NCBI GenBank assembly: GCA_030390025.1
Contig: CM059432.1
Location: forward strand, 24,864,001-24,928,000
Direction of reading: 5' to 3'
Length of the DNA: 64,000 bases
DNA from: Squalus acanthias
Taxonomy: Eukaryota
The notes under the pieces are model-generated. The model saw only the letters and a program-made list of their open reading frames with translations, did not search any database and was not told the DNA's origin. The translations under genes were made by a program, and so were the position numbers. Of this stretch, positions 12,522-26,534 are shown one piece after another (the first letter of the stretch is position 1; each line of letters starts with the position of its first letter).

Positions 12522-13580
12522 CCACCTGCAATGGTTTCACTTCCCATCCCGCACCGTTACCTCTGGTGTCCCCCAAGGATCTATCCTTGGCCCCCTCCTA
12601 TTTCTCATCTACATGCTGCCCCTCGGCGACATCATCCGAAAACACAGTGTCAGTTTCCACATGTACGTTGACGACACCCAGCTCTACCTCACCACCACTT
12701 CTCTCGACCCTTCCACGGTCTCTAAATTGGCACACTGTTTGTCCGACATCCAGTACTGGATGAGCAGAAATTTCCTCCAACTAAATATTGGGAAGACCAA
12801 AGCCATTGTCTTCAGTCCCTGCCACAAACTCCGCCCCTAGCCTCCGTCTCCATCCCTCTCCCTGGCAACTATCTGAAGCTGAACCAGAATCTTCGCAACC
12901 TTGGTGTCGTATTTGACACCGAGATGAGCTTTCGACCACATATCCGCGCCATCACTAAGGCCGCCTATTTCCACCTCAGTAACATTGGCCGACTCCGCCC
13001 CTACCTCAGCTCATCTGCTGCTGAAACCCTCATCCATGCCTTTGTTACCTCTAGACTTGACTATTCCAATGCACTCCTGGCTGGCCTCCCATCTTCTAAC
13101 CTCCGTAAACTTGAGGTTATCCAAAACTCTGCTGCCCGTGTCCTAACTCGCACCAAGTCCTGTTCACCCATCACCCCTGTGCTCACTAACCTACATTGGC
13201 TCCCGGTTAAGCAACGCCTCGATTATAAAATTATTCCTTGTTTTCAAATCCCTCCATGGCCTCGCTTCTCCCTATCTCTATAAACTCCTCCAGCCCCAAA
13301 ACCCTCCGAGATATCTGCGCTCCTCCAATTTTGTCCTCTTGTGCATCCCCGATTTTAATCGCACCACCATTGGTGGCCGTGCCTTCAGCTGCCAAGGCCC
13401 TAAGCTTTGAAATTCTCTCCCTAAACCTCGCTGCCTCTCTACCTCGCTTTCCTCCTTAAAGACGTTCCTGAAAACCTAGCCCTTTGACCAAGCTTTTGGT
13501 CATCTGTCCTAATACCTGTGGCTCGGTGAAAAATGTTGTTTGATAATGTTCCTGTGAAGCGTCTAGGGACGTTTTACTAT
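12522..13580 (+). mobile_element. L2 LINE, 5'-truncated (RT C-terminus and 3' end)
   Basis: GVPQGSILGP, FHMYVDDTQLY, SRLDYSNALLAGLP, LHWLPVKQR. Confidence 0.9.
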
Positions 13581-13894
13581 GATATATGAAGTGGCTATTG
13601 AGGCAGAAACTTATTTGAAATTAAATTGCATGGTATTTGAAAGGCAGGAATATGGAGAAAGGGCAGGGAATAGGATTAGAATAGACAGCTCTGGTTGAAG
13701 AGCCAGCACTGCCACACACTGGATAAGCAGGACGGCCTCTTTCTATGATTACCTTAGCGCCCTCATTTAAAATTCTGCTAAACTTTCTTGCTGTGGTGTT
13801 GTTTTCACCACGGCTAGTCCCCACTCTTACTTCATCCAAGTGACCATTGTTTATATACAAGCCTTGTCAGCAAACCTTGGCATGACATTTAACC

Positions 13895-14075
13895 AAAGGT
13901 GACAGCACAGCTGAACCTTATCCTGTCCTCACTGACATCTGCACATACCTACATCTTCAGAAAAGTTGGTGCTCGATCAGGAGCCCGTTCTCTGGTTGAT
14001 TGTTTCCTCTTCCATAACCCAAGGACGCTAAAGACGATTGTAGCATCCATCCCAACATCAGTACTGAGATCAGTA
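13895..14075 (-). mobile_element. Ancient tRNA-derived SINE fragment (AmnSINE2-like)
   Basis: Similar to 14720-15005, 27690-27900 and (opposite strand) 47960-48370; family name from memory. Confidence 0.45.
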
Positions 14076-14719
14076 CATTTAGAATTTTAATGGAGCATCA
14101 AGTAAATAAAAGGCTTATCTATTGCTTGATGTGAATCCAGTCTTTCTTATACACAGTGCAATCCTACTAAGTTACAGTATGCATTGGTATTCCCCTACAG
14201 TCCTTCTGCCTTATATTGTCTATGAATCATAAACCCCTTCCAATTGATGAACCAATATATGTTTCAGAAATTCTGTCCTTAGTGGGTACTGCAGAGTACT
14301 GTGACATTTTAATAAGTGCAAATGCTCATTTTGCAGAAATAATAAGGTAAATGATAGTGAAGATGTTTGTAGCCAGATGGTAATGGATAAGGGATTAGAC
14401 CTTAAGGCTGGTAATCTAATCTGTAGGGAGATGATTCATTGAAAAGAAACATCATTGTGAAAACATGAATTACCCTTTAAATTGCTACAAAGAACTATAA
14501 GTCAAATAGCTTATTGTAACTCATAATGAATAGCCCATGGCTCATTTGACTACATGTATTAGAATTTACAGAGGTTTGTACATATCTGAATGGCAATCTA
14601 CATTCTGGCCGTAGAAACAGTCTGAGGTGTGCACATAGCCTCTTAAATTAAAATTGGAAGCAAATGTGATAGTTAAAATGTGCCAACCCATTTTTTGTAC
14701 CTGAATTTTTGCTCTCCTC

Positions 14720-15005
14720 CAATTTCTCTCCTCTTCACTGGAGGTGTCGACTCCTGCTGGGGTATGGGTTACATGGATGTCAGTTGCTCTCCAGTAACCC
14801 ATCCAAATTCCTTTCTTCATGCATGACCTTAGATATTGAGTGTTTGGCAGGCTTTTTAGCCACTCAGGCAGTGCTTCTGAGCCCAGCACTCACTTTCCAT
14901 GCATGTACACTTTTGCTTATGAGGAAACACTGGATAGTGTGAAACCCTGGTGATTTAATTTACCCTCACTAGTCCAAGGACACTTAGACCAATTGTAGCA
15001 CCCCA
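14720..15005 (-). mobile_element. Ancient SINE fragment (AmnSINE2-like)
   Basis: gactcctgctggggtatgg...ccaattgtagcacccc shared with other copies. Confidence 0.45.
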
Positions 15006-15464
15006 GTTTTCCTCCTGCTTTTCTTTTCTTCCTTGTATAGTTTTTTTTTCTCAAGAAAGGACATAACTGTGAAGTTAGTTTCTGCCACAATACCTTTGAG
15101 TCTTAGGAGGTCAAGGTTCACAAATATAAGTCATCAATTTGGGGTGCTTGTTGGATAAGAGCTTCAACTCTGTGCGTCACAGAGCAGTGGAATACCAGTT
15201 TGTATGTGTTGAGTTTTCAGTCCCAACTGTCCCATTGTGGGCAGGAGGCTAGCAAAGGTAATGTGCATGCCATCCAGGTGTCAAGGAAAATCAGAGAGTG
15301 GGGCAACTTCAGTAGGCCTCTCTAGCATCTCCTAATGGGTGGTTAAGAAGTAGCATTGACAGAAGCCTTGGAGCAGGATGTTTACACCGTTCCGATTAAG
15401 AAAAGTATTCAGAACCCAATTAAAGGAAAAATGAAGAAAATGCAAATAATCAAAGAGGAGGTCT

Positions 15465-16496
15465 TGAAGGGATAATTACTAGTCCTAACCCTTTTAGGGC
15501 TACCCCAGATCAGGCGTATTCCCCAGACGTTCACTTTCAACTAAAGTTTGACGTAGCCGAATCCTAAAGACGCTTAATTGGGTCTAAAGGTCTGGACCAT
15601 CTCTCCCTAAAGGAAAGGAACAACCTGAAAATGTTACCGTCCTCCAGATAGCACTTTTAATAAGTTTAGCTAGACTGTAACGTTCCGGATATTATGAGGG
15701 TCCGGAAAACTCCCCCAGAATTCTGCAACTCCTCACCAAAGAGTGTACAGAAATTGAGTTCACAAGTTTGATACAGAAGTCTTGTGAGACAATTCTAAAA
15801 ATATATAGATTTATTAAAGAACTGACATGTAATTTACAGTTGGTGAGTCAATCGCAACATTAACAGTTCCAAAAAGATAAAGCTTACAATTCTATTATCA
15901 GAGAACCTACTCTCAAATCTTAACTTCGCTACAGTTTTACAGTTCTTAGTTTTCTACAGGATATCCACCAACATCAAATACAGTACCTTTGATCCCCGAG
16001 GTACAAAGAGTGGTATTTCCTTTAAGGTTTTCTGCTGATGTAAGCTAATTATCTCTAGTCATTTTTCTGCTGACCCCTGCAATTTTTACAGTCACCTCAG
16101 CTGGTAGTATTACAGGATTATGTCTCTTCTCTAGGTGTTCTAAGTTTATCATAAAAAATGGTGTAACAGCAGGTGCATTTTTTACTTCATGTCATTTTTA
16201 CTAAGGCAGATGTTTGTGCTTCTTTACGAAGTACAAATTAGAACACCTTAACCAGGGTGAACTGTTGTCTTGTTCCCAAAGGTCAGTCTGTCAGGAGCCT
16301 TTAACCTTCTGTTTCAATAAGGTTATTGATTCAGTGTCAACAACTATCTTATCTCTATAGCCAGAATGCTATCACAGCTTTTCCATAGTTAGGTTTCTAG
16401 ATTTCCAAACCCAGTTTGTCATGTTTTAATAAGGCCAGAATTCTTTCATAGAATGGTGTATTTTTCTGAATAGGTTTTATGGCTTATTCCTTCACA
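15465..16496 (-). mobile_element. Solo LTR (1032 bp)
   Basis: TG...CA termini, 4-bp TSD GTCT (15461-15464 / 16497-16500), both ends homologous to 35758-37208. Confidence 0.88.
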
Positions 16497-16618
16497 GTCT
16501 CACCCTAAAAAAAACCTACTGAACAATTACACAGCATAACCCACACTCATAGCATCACTAACAATTTATTAATTTCATAATTTTGTTTTCATCTGTGCGA
16601 TTCATGAGCATCAATGAA

Positions 16619-16782
16619 AAACATAGAAAAATAGAAGCAGGAGTAGGCCATTTGGCCCTTCGAGCCTGGTCCGCCATTCAATATGATCATGGCTGATCCT
16701 CTATCTCAATACCATATTCCCGCTCTCTCCCCATACCCCTTGATGCCTTTTGTGTCTAGAAATATACCTATCTCCTTCTTAA
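16619..16782 (-). mobile_element. CR1 3'-end fragment
   Basis: catagaaaaatagaagcaggagtaggccatttggcccttcgagcc tail. Confidence 0.8.
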
Positions 16783-17034
16783 GAGGGGGATAGACAAACT
16801 TTTCTGCTCCCTTTTATCCTTGTAAATGAAAATAGTGAAATCAGGCCTTGAAATTATGCTCTGTAATATTAGCATACAAGTGAAAGTTCTTTATCTGGTA
16901 TTTTAATGGAGACATTAAGTGATAAGTTAGCACCTCCACTAAATCTGCAGCGAAAGGAATTTTATAAGACTGCATAAGCATTTGAGCGTTAATGTCATGT
17001 GGCCTAATTTCAGGACCAAAATTGTTAACAAAGA

Positions 17035-19180
17035 GCATAAGAACATAAAGGATTAGGAGCAGGAGTAGGCCATACGGCCCCTCGAGCCTGCTTCACCATT
17101 CAATAAGATCATGGCTGATCTTCGACCTTAACTCCACTTTCCTGCCCTATCCCCATAGCCCTTAATTCCTCTGGAGTCCGAAAATTTCTCTCTCTCAGCC
17201 TTGAATATACTCAACGACTGAGCATCCACAACACTTTGGGACAGAGAATTCCAAAGATTCACAACCGGCTGAGTGAAGAAATTCCCCCTCATCTCAGTCT
17301 TAAAAGACCAGCTGCTTATCCTGAGACTATGCCCCCTAGTTCTAGTCTCTATAGTCAGGGGAAACAATCTCAGCATTTATCCTGTCAATCCCCTTCAGAA
17401 TCTTACATGTTTCAATGAGATCACCTCTCATTCTTCTAAACTCCAGAGAGTATAGGCCCATTCTACTCAATCTCTCCTCATAGGACATACCTCTCATCCC
17501 AGGGATCAATCTAGTGAACCTTTGTTGCACCACCTCTAAGTCAAGTATATCCTTTCTTAAATAAGGAGACCAAAACTGTGCACAGTACTCCAGGTGTGGT
17601 CTCACCAGAGCCCTGTACAATTGTAGCAAGACTTCCTTACTCTTGTACTCCAACCCTCTAGCAACCCTCTAGTCACATGCCATTTGCCTTCTTAATTGCT
17701 TGCTGTACCTGCATGCTAACTCTCTGTGTTTCTTATACTAGGACACCTTAATCTCTCTGAACAACAACATTTAATCGTTTCTCACCATTTAAAAAATATT
17801 CTGTTTTTCTATTCTTCCTACCAAAGTGAATAACCTCACATTTCCCCACATTATACTCCATCTGTCACCTTATTGCCCACTCACTTAACCTGTCTATATC
17901 CCTTTGCAGGCTCTTTGCATCCTCCTCACATCTTACTTTTTCACCAAGCTTTGTATCGTCAGCAAACTTTGATAAATTGCACTCGGTCCCTTCATCAAAG
18001 TCAGATTGTAAATAGCTGAGGCCCAAGCACTAATCCTTGCGGCAACCCACTAGTTACAGCCTGCCAATCTGAAAATGACCTGTTTATCCCTACTCTCTCT
18101 TTTCTGTCTATTAACCAATCCTTTATCCATGCTAATACATTACTTCGGTCCCCATGTGCCCTTACCTTGCTTCACAACCTTTTATGTGACACCTTATAGA
18201 ATACCTTTTGGAAATCCAAATATACTACATCCACTGTTTCCCCTTTATCTACCCTACTAGTTACATCCTCAAAAAAGTCTAATAAAACACAATTTCCATT
18301 CATAAAACCATGTTGACTCTACCTAATCATATTATGATTTTCTAAGTACCCTGTTAGCACTTTCTTAATAATGGATTCCAGCATTTTCCTGATGACTCAT
18401 GTCAGGCTAACTGGTCTATTGTTCCCTGTTTTCTCTCTCCCTCCTTTCTTGAATAGCTGGGTTACATTTGCTACCTTCCAATCTGCTGGGATCGTTCCTG
18501 AATCCTGGGAATTTTGGACGATTACAACCAATGCATCCACTCTCTTTGCAGCCACCACTTTTAGAACTCTAGGATGCAGGCCATCAGGCCCAGGAGATTT
18601 GTCGGTTTTTAGTTCCATTCATTTCTCAAGTACTTTTTCTCTATTGATTTTAATTACATTAATTTCCTCGATCTCATTAGCCCCTTGGTTCCTCACTATT
18701 TTTGGTATATATTTTGTGTCTTCCACTGTGAAGACAGATACAAAATATTTATTTAAAGTCTCTGCCATTTCCTTGTTCCCCAATATAATTTCTCCTGTCT
18801 CAGCTTCTAAGAGACCAACGCTTACTTTTGCTACTCTCTTCCTTTTTACATGCTTGTGGAAGCTCTTACAATCTGTTTTTATATTTCTTGCTAATTTACT
18901 CTCATATTCTATTTTCTCCGTTCTAATCAATTTTTTGGTCATCCTTCGCTGGTTTCTAAAGCCCTCCCAATCCTCAGGCTTACTACTATTCTTTGCAACA
19001 TTACAAGCCTCTTCTTTTAATCTAATACTATTCTTAACTTCTTGAGTTAGCCACGGATGGATCATTTTTCCCACGGAGTTTCTATTTCTCAATGGAATGT
19101 ATAATCGTTGAGAATTTTGGAATATTTCTTTAAATGATTGCCGCTGCTTATCCACTGTCATACCTTTAAATCTAATTTCC
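17035..19180 (-). mobile_element. CR1 LINE, 5'-truncated, decayed RT
   Basis: KSPGPDGLHPRVLK, RPHLEYCAQFWSP, WNSL; cataagaacataa tail. Confidence 0.93.
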
Positions 19181-21921
19181 AGGCATCAGGCGTATTGACA
19201 ACATTTGTTGCATTGTGGCTGTAAGAAGTGGTGGGAGTACTTTGTGAACTGAATCTGTGTTATAAATGGTTGAAAAGTGGCTGAACATGTGAGAGACCGT
19301 GCACCAAGGTTTTCCGATAATGCACTGGAGGTCTTGGTGCAAGATGTGGACAGAAGGAGAGATATCCTGTATCCACAGGGGGACAGGAAGCCCTCGAGAC
19401 CTATGCTCAGGAGGCCGTGGTCAATGCCAGGAGTGTAGCTCCAAGAACATGGATGTAGTGCAGTGCAAGAAGAAGTTTAATGATCTGACATGAGGCTGAT
19501 GGGTGTACACAACCAAATACTTGATGCACTGGAAAGCCTGCCAGAAAGCCTGCACACAATGTCAAAGAGCACAGAGAAGTTCAGCTCCAACTTGACACAG
19601 GGCTTTGTACAGAGCTTGGAGCCCATCCTTTCAAACATGGAACAGTTGGTCAACTCCATCAGCACACCTATAGCACCCACCATGATGCAGCATCTGATGG
19701 CTGATATCACTGCTTCCATTGCAGCACAAGCAGCTTCCAACAAAGGTCTGAGTGCTGCAGTGGAATCTCAGACTGCTGCCTTCATGGTTCTGGGTGCCAC
19801 TGTTCAAAGGGGTTTCCAGGGCGTCATAGCAGTCCATCACCGGGAGAATGGCAGAGGCTCCATGGAACAGGAACCTGCTGTCCTCTCTCAGGATGACAGC
19901 ATTCCTGCTCCCAACCCTGCCACTCCGCCAGTGCCCTTGCTGATGCCTGTCAGTCAGTCAGCCCAGACTGCTGCAGCCCAGGCCGAGATGGTGCAGTCTG
20001 AATCCAGGCCCTCTAGGCCCATAGCTACTCGAGGTCATCCTCCAAGGCCATCTGCAGTCTCTTCAATTGAAGGTCCGCAGCCTTCCACCACCCCTGCTGC
20101 AGCCACTGGGGAAGCACCTCATAGAAGCACAAGGCTAGGCAAAGACAGGCACTAAGGGAATGCACAAGGGTGATTAGTTTAATTATTTATGCATTATTTA
20201 ATGAGTGAATTTATAAAATTGGATTTGAATCAGCATTTTCTGGTGGGTTTTATTTTTGTATTGTCAGAAAGATGGTCAGTGATAGGGGAAAGGTAAGGAA
20301 TGTGGGACTGTTGGTGAATGGGAAGGTGTAGTTGAAGTTACTGGTGTAATCATGAATAATCTGATCACATAGAGTCCTGGCATAAAGGGGCGGTCTATGT
20401 TGTAGCTTCCCTTCCTCTTGCACTTCCTCCTCCTTTTCTTCGTTCTCCTGCTCCTCAGCTTCTCACCTGATAGGTGGTGGCAAGGGCTGGTCCCTCATAA
20501 TGGCCAGGTTGTGCAGCATGCAGCATACCACTACATATCTTGATACCCGCTCAGTTCAGTACTGCAAAGCTCCTCCAGAGCAGTCCAGGTAGAGGACACC
20601 AATGGTGTGCTCTATAATGTTCCTTGTGGCAGCATGGCTCACATTGTATGCCTGCTGTGCACATGTGTGTTGGTTCCTGACCAGAGTCATGAGCCATATC
20701 ATGAATGGATAACCCTTGTCACCCAATAGCCAGCTTTGACTTTCTATGGTGGTTCAAATATAGGTGGAACAGAGGACTGCCGCAGAATGAAAGAATTGTG
20801 ACGTTGGCCAGGATAACGGGTCTTCACCTGCATAATGGATTGCCTGTGGCCGCATACCAGCTGCAAAATAAGCTTGATGAAATGGCCGACTTCAGATGAG
20901 GAACACAGAAGGCAATGTGCGTGCAGTCACTGGCACCCTGCAGCATGGGGAAGCCTGCAATCCATGCAAAATCTTGTGCTCACTCATCCTGTTTGTGTCT
21001 GGCAAGAGGGAATGAGATAAATGTATTTCTCTTTGGATAGAGAGCCTCAGTGACCTCCCTTATGCAGCAGTACACTGCAAACTGAGACATGTTGCTTATA
21101 TCTCCAGCCAGCCTGAAAGGAACCAGACACATACAAATTAGGAGCCACAGTCACCTGGACAGCCACAGACAATACTGTCCTTGTCCTGCTTTGAAGCTGC
21201 AGTTGTGGCTGCAGCAGTTGGCAGATATCACTCACGACTTCTTTTGTGGTGAAGATATCTCATGCATTAGTCCTTGCTGAAGTTGAGGTAAGAGAATTGC
21301 TCCCTGAAGACCCTTGGCACATTTGACCTCCTGCTCCTTCTCCCCCTCCTCCTCCTCCCACTTCTAATGGCTTGCCATGCTCTTCCTGGCCTCTCTTCAT
21401 TCTCCCAGTCATGTTCAATTCCCAGAGTAAGCCTTACCAGGCTACCTATGTCTGGAAGCAACTTCTTTCAGCACAATATTAGTACTGCAAGACCAGCCAG
21501 ACCACTCCCTGTAGAGTATTCAAACTGTAGCCTAGTACAGGAAACCTCCAAAAACATGTACAATTGCACCAGCAGCCAGAAGAAATAATCTGTAAGTACT
21601 TCATGATCCCTTTAAATATTGCTGGTGGGAGGATCCTTCATTCCGTTTAATGGCATGTTCAGCTGTGCGAGGCTAAGACAGGACATTGACTGGAGTTTGG
21701 ATTCGGAAAATGCCAATGGTGGCTTCAAATCAGCGTTGCACACTTATTCGCATCATTAGCTCACTGCTCTGCATGCTGCTGGCGCGCACAAAGCCCTTTA
21801 CCAAGATGGTGTCCTGGGCACTTCCCGGCGGAAGTGTGCGCACATCTTGGACCCCATTTTCGAGTCTTATGTGATGGTGTAGCGCCTAAAAGACAGACGC
21901 TATAGGGCCCAATTTAGCCAC
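19181..21921 (+). mobile_element. Decayed Harbinger (family B): Myb/SANT gene remnant (+, ~19260-20155) and transposase remnant (-, ~20340-21450); left end lost
   Basis: QCKKKFNDLT; PRVFREQFSYLNF, LQPQLQLQSRTRTVLSVAVQVTVA; right TIR cccaatttagccac. Confidence 0.85.
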
Positions 21922-21998
21922 TGAATGTCTGCTTCAACTGTCTGCCTGCTGCTATTTGTTGATTTCTATACCATAGCTACTCATATTTCCAACTCAAT

Positions 21999-22739
21999 GC
22001 GTCAAATCTTATTGGAAAAATAATAACGTGTTAACGATGCACACTGTTATTAATGCACAAATTGGCCAGCAAATTCTGGGGATTACGAGATGAGTTGCAA
22101 ATCTACAGAACTTGTTGGTCGATTTATGCCACTCCTCTGTTTGTTTCGCACAAAATGGCATCTCACCCTATCATCCCCATTATATTTAAGAACTTGGTGG
22201 ATTTGCACATTAATTGATCATTAAACTCGCAGCAGAATGTTAGGGCTAGTAATTAAGATTTAACGATCTGGTAATTGTTAATTCAATACCAATCAAACTC
22301 TCTGGCCCAGAAAATGAATAACTTAAACTGTGGAATCTCACTCCTGCCTGTAGTAAAAAAAATTTAGAGATTTGAAACATTTCAAATTTTACTTTTTTTT
22401 TCTTACTTTTCCTTTATGTCTCTTTTCTCTCTCCCTCTCTCTTAATAAAATCTTTCCCTCTTTTTACTTTTCATTCTGTACTTGACTTGACTCTAATTCA
22501 CTCACTCGAATTCACCCTCCTTCTCCGTCGTTCCTCTGTTTCTTTCTCAATCCTTAAATCACATTGGTTAAGGAGATAGACTATTGGTTCCGCCATTCAC
22601 TGAGGTCCCAGATGCCCCGCTTCCCCCACATGTTACCAGCTCGCACCTCCAGCAAATATTTTCAGGCTGAAGGGTGCGGGAAAAAGTCTAACTAACAGAG
22701 TATGCCGCGATGATGCCCCGCTCCAGCAAGATTTGGCCC
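21999..22739. mobile_element. Harbinger-type MITE
   Basis: TIRs gcgtcaaatcttattgg / gggccaaatcttgctgg, AAT TSD (21996-21998 / 22740-22742). Confidence 0.7.
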
Positions 22740-23234
22740 AATATTACTCTTCCATTAGAATTTCCACTACATAATACAGCTAGAAAGAATAAAGAATTTG
22801 CATTCAAATACAATATTTTAATTCACAGTCATTTAATGCGAATTTTCGTATAATTAATTTGTTTAAAGATTTGGGGGGAGAAATTCAGTATCGCCCCGTT
22901 TGGGGCGCGATTATCAACTGGGCGCAAAGTTTAGCGCCTGGCGCTAATTATCGCCTCTGACTGCAAACTTGGCTTTTATCGCCCCTGGAGGTGATTGGAG
23001 CGCTAAATCAGGCGCTTTACACCTGTCTTAAGGCGCAAAGGCCGAGGAGTGAGGCGTTAACTCAGAGCGCGAGCGCCACGCAGGTGATGTCAGTTAGCGA
23101 TGGAACACAGACACACTGGCGCTGGACAGTTCTTAAAGGGGAGGGTCGATCTTGCTCTCCAGCCACACCCTGCTCATTGTAGCCTTGAATCTCGGCCTGG
23201 AGAGACCTGTGACTACATTTTCCAGCCAAGGACT

Positions 23235-25060
23235 ATGGAGAGGGTGAGAGAACGAGCTCAGCGCTTCAGCGAGCGGGCCTTGGAGGCTCTGGTTGGCGCG
23301 GTGGAGCGCAGATGATCTATACTCTACCCTGAGAGTGGCAGGAGGCCTTTGCCGCGCGACTATAGAAGAGTGTGGAGGGAGGTGGCTTAGCACATCTCCT
23401 CCAAAAGCATGGTGATCAGGACCCATACTCAATGTCGCAAAAAGTTCAACGACCTCACTCAGGTTGTCAGGGTGAGTGGCTTTTTTCCAATACCTCTCCA
23501 TCCCTCCATCTCAACCTCACTCTATGGCCAAAGGGTCTTAAAACCCCAATGCCCAACACTCATCCAACACCTATGGCCCTCTCATGAAACACACATGCAC
23601 ATTCCACACTTTGCATACAGTAAGGGCTATTCAACTATGGGAGGCACATCAGGCAAGACCATGGCTGCATACATTAAGTGCTATTCAATTATGGGAGTCA
23701 CATCAAGCAAGACCATGGCTGTATATTTACTCAGACGCTGTCCTTTTTCTTGCAGGCCAAGCTATCTCATAATAGGAGACAGCAGCAACGGACGGGTGGA
23801 GGGCGGCCTCAGCTGCAACCCCTCAGCGATCTTGAGGCGCGCAGCCACAGGATCATCGCAAGCCAGGTGATCGGTCCCGTCGTTCCTGGAGAGGCCGACC
23901 CCGTTCGGGACAGCAATGGTAAGGTCATCAGTTTTCTCTCCTCTCTTATTCCACTTGTCCCTCACAACACCAGCCTTTGACACTTTCAATCCAACTTACT
24001 AAATCGCTGCACTCCTTCCTCCCTTACTGCCACCCTGTCCTCACGCTAAAGCCACTCTTGTACCTCCCTGCTTTCAGATGGTGATTCACCAGCTGAGGAG
24101 ACGGGCCCTGAAGCTGCCAGTGGGAGCGAAGCTGCAGGTGAGGAGGAAGAGGAAGCTGGAGCATCAGCACCACCCTCTCTCTCTCTCTCGAGGAAGCCCA
24201 TGCCAACTCTGGTAACACGTCTTCCCTGGAGGGGAGCAGGGGGGAAGGGTCTGATGAGGGTGAAGCTCCAGGACCCAGCGGGCTGCAACAACGCGATGTG
24301 GCTAGGGAAGCTCGGGGGCCTTCTCCCCGGAGGGAGAGTATGCCAGCGAGTCCTGCTGCACTGGACGCAGAGGAGGAGCGGCTCATCGCTGAAATGAACA
24401 CCCAGGCGGTGGACATGCACACTGAGCTCATGGGTGCAGTGGGAAGGGTGCCCGAATGCATTGATGCACTGGCAAGGAGTCTGGAGCACTTCGCTGTAGC
24501 ACAGGCGGATGCCACGCTGAAGCTTAGTGCTGCAATTCAGTCACTGGCTGCCGTGATCCCATCTTTGACTGCTCTCATGCAGACTCAGATTGAGGCCACG
24601 CAAGCACTGACTGCTGCCATTGTCGCTGGTTCGGACACATTTCCCCGGGGCTCTCACCGCGCCGCAGCAGGCCAGCAATCTGTGCTCCAGCAGATTGCTC
24701 CGGATGCTGATGTGCTGCCCCGTGGGAGTGCCAGTGTGTCGGTCGAGCAGGGAGTTGCTGTCCTCTCTCAAGATGACAGCATTCCTGCTGCCACCACTGT
24801 CACTTCTCCATTGCACTTGCCACCGTCTGTAGCCCAGATTGCTGCCGCCCATGCAGAGTTGGTGCAGTCTGCAGCCGGGCCCTCCAGGCCCAGAGCTGGT
24901 TGAGGCCGTCCTTCAAGGGCATCTGTAGTCCCAGGTTCTGACAATCAGCAGCCTTCCAGCAGCCTTGCTGCAGCCACTGGGGCCCCATTACGGAGGAGCA
25001 GTAGGGTGGGAAGGGGGGAAGTGCGCAAGGGAAGGAGATCACCCTCGAAGGGCAAAAAGT
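23235..25060 (+). pseudogene. Harbinger Myb/SANT-like (trihelix) DNA-binding protein, 3 exons (23235-23471, 23756-23918, 24078-~25060), with nonsense and frameshift lesions
   Basis: RAQRFSERALEALV...W.EVA...QCRKKFNDL | AKLSHNRRQQQRTGGG; GT-AG junctions in compatible phase (0, then 1); 3' end approximate. Confidence 0.85.
23613..23720 (+). repeat. 54-bp tandem duplication in Myb intron 1
   Basis: gcatacagtaagggctattcaactatgggaggcacatcaggcaagaccatggct x2, few mismatches. Confidence 0.85.
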
Positions 25061-25390
25061 AGGAGGTGTGACGAAATGTTGGTCAATTTTTTATTAAAGG
25101 CCGAGGTTCATGTTCAAACTTTTGTTTAGTGTTTTTGCCATTATCTCCAGGTTGTGAGAACCAGTTATGTTAATGAATGATTTTTGTGTTTGTTCCTATT
25201 AGTTTGTCATGAAGAAATGACACACACAGAGTTTGTAAAATAAAAACATTTTTGCATTCAAAATGTACAGGTTTGGCCTTTGGAATCATTGCTGTCTTGG
25301 CCGGCTATAGGTGTTGCAGGTTGCTTTCCATCATGTTGTTCTCCATGGCAGAAGCCATTTCCTCAGCAGGGGCCTAGAAGCGGCTTGCTA

Positions 25391-26534
25391 TCAGCCGTTG
25401 ACGGACGGCCCTTGCAGTTTCATCATTATGGGCCTCCCTCCCGCCTTGGTGCTGCTGATGATCATCCAACTCCTCTTCCTCCTCCTCTTCCTCCTCCTCC
25501 TCCGGTGGTGCTCCAGGCCTGGTGGCATTGGCTGGGTCCTGAGGATTGCCAGGTTATGCAGCATGCAGCACACAACTATGAAGAGGGAGACTCGCTCAGG
25601 CGAGTACTGCAGGGCTCCTTCTGAGTGGTCCAGACAGCGGAACCGTTGCTTGAGCATGCCGATCGTCTGCTCAATGATGTTCCTGGTGACGAGATGGCTC
25701 TCGTTGTACCGCAGCTCAGCAGGGGTGTTGGGGTTACGGAGCGGTGTCATCAGCCAGGTGCACAGTGGATAACCTTTGTCCCCGAGGAGCCAAGCACTTG
25801 GCTGATGCAGTGCCTGGAAAAGTTCTGGCACAGCAGCCTGGCGCAGGATGAAAGCATTGTGGCTGCTGCCAGGATAGCGGGCATTGACAGTGAGTATCAG
25901 CTGTCTGTGGTCACAGACCAACTGGACATTTAAGGAGTGGTACCCCTTGCGGTTGCGGAAATCCTCTGCATTCTCATGCGGTGCACGCAATGCCACATGC
26001 ATGCAGTCAATGGTGCCCTGCACCATGGGGAAGCCCGCTATCCTTGCAAAGCCCAATGCACGTTCATGCTGTTTGGCCCGGGTCATCGGGAAAGAGATGT
26101 ACTGGCGTCTCCTTTTATAGAGGGCATTTGTGACCTGACGGATGCAGCAATGGACCACGAACTGGGAGATATTGGCGATGTCCCCAGTAGCAGCTTGAAA
26201 GGAGCCGGTGGCATAAAAGTTCAGAGCCACTGTGACCTTCGCTGCCACCGACAGAGACGTCCTGGTCCTCAGTAGAGGCTGCAGATCTGGCTGCAGCAGG
26301 TGGCAGAGCTCAGTGACCACCTCCTTGCTGAAGCGCAGCCTGCGCAAACACTGCTCCTCAGACAAATTAATGTAGGAGAATTGTTGGCGAAATACTCAGG
26401 GAGGGTAAGATCTCCTGTACAGAGGCCTGTTGGCCCTCCTCTGTCTGGCCATGATTGCCACTCTCTCTCTGCGTCTCTGTTGCCTCCGATTCTGCAGGCA
26501 CAGGACGATGCCCCGAATCAGTGCAGCCCCCACA
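25391..26534 (-). pseudogene. Harbinger DDE transposase (HARBI1-like family); catalytic core open for 324 codons, one upstream stop and probable C-terminal frameshift
   Basis: GTIDCMHV, NRKGYHSLNVQLVCD, PGSSHNAF, LLGDKGYP, RNIIEQTIGMLKQRFRCL, CCMLHN; upstream ORF 26396-26701 is in frame across one TGA. Confidence 0.92.

Noticed and set aside
18371..19045. 224-aa hydrophobic membrane-like ORF
   Set aside because: Antisense of purine-rich CR1 ORF2
25391..26365. Domesticated host HARBI1 gene
   Set aside because: Lies between TIRs with a partner Myb gene and carries an upstream stop and a probable frameshift; it is a transposon copy
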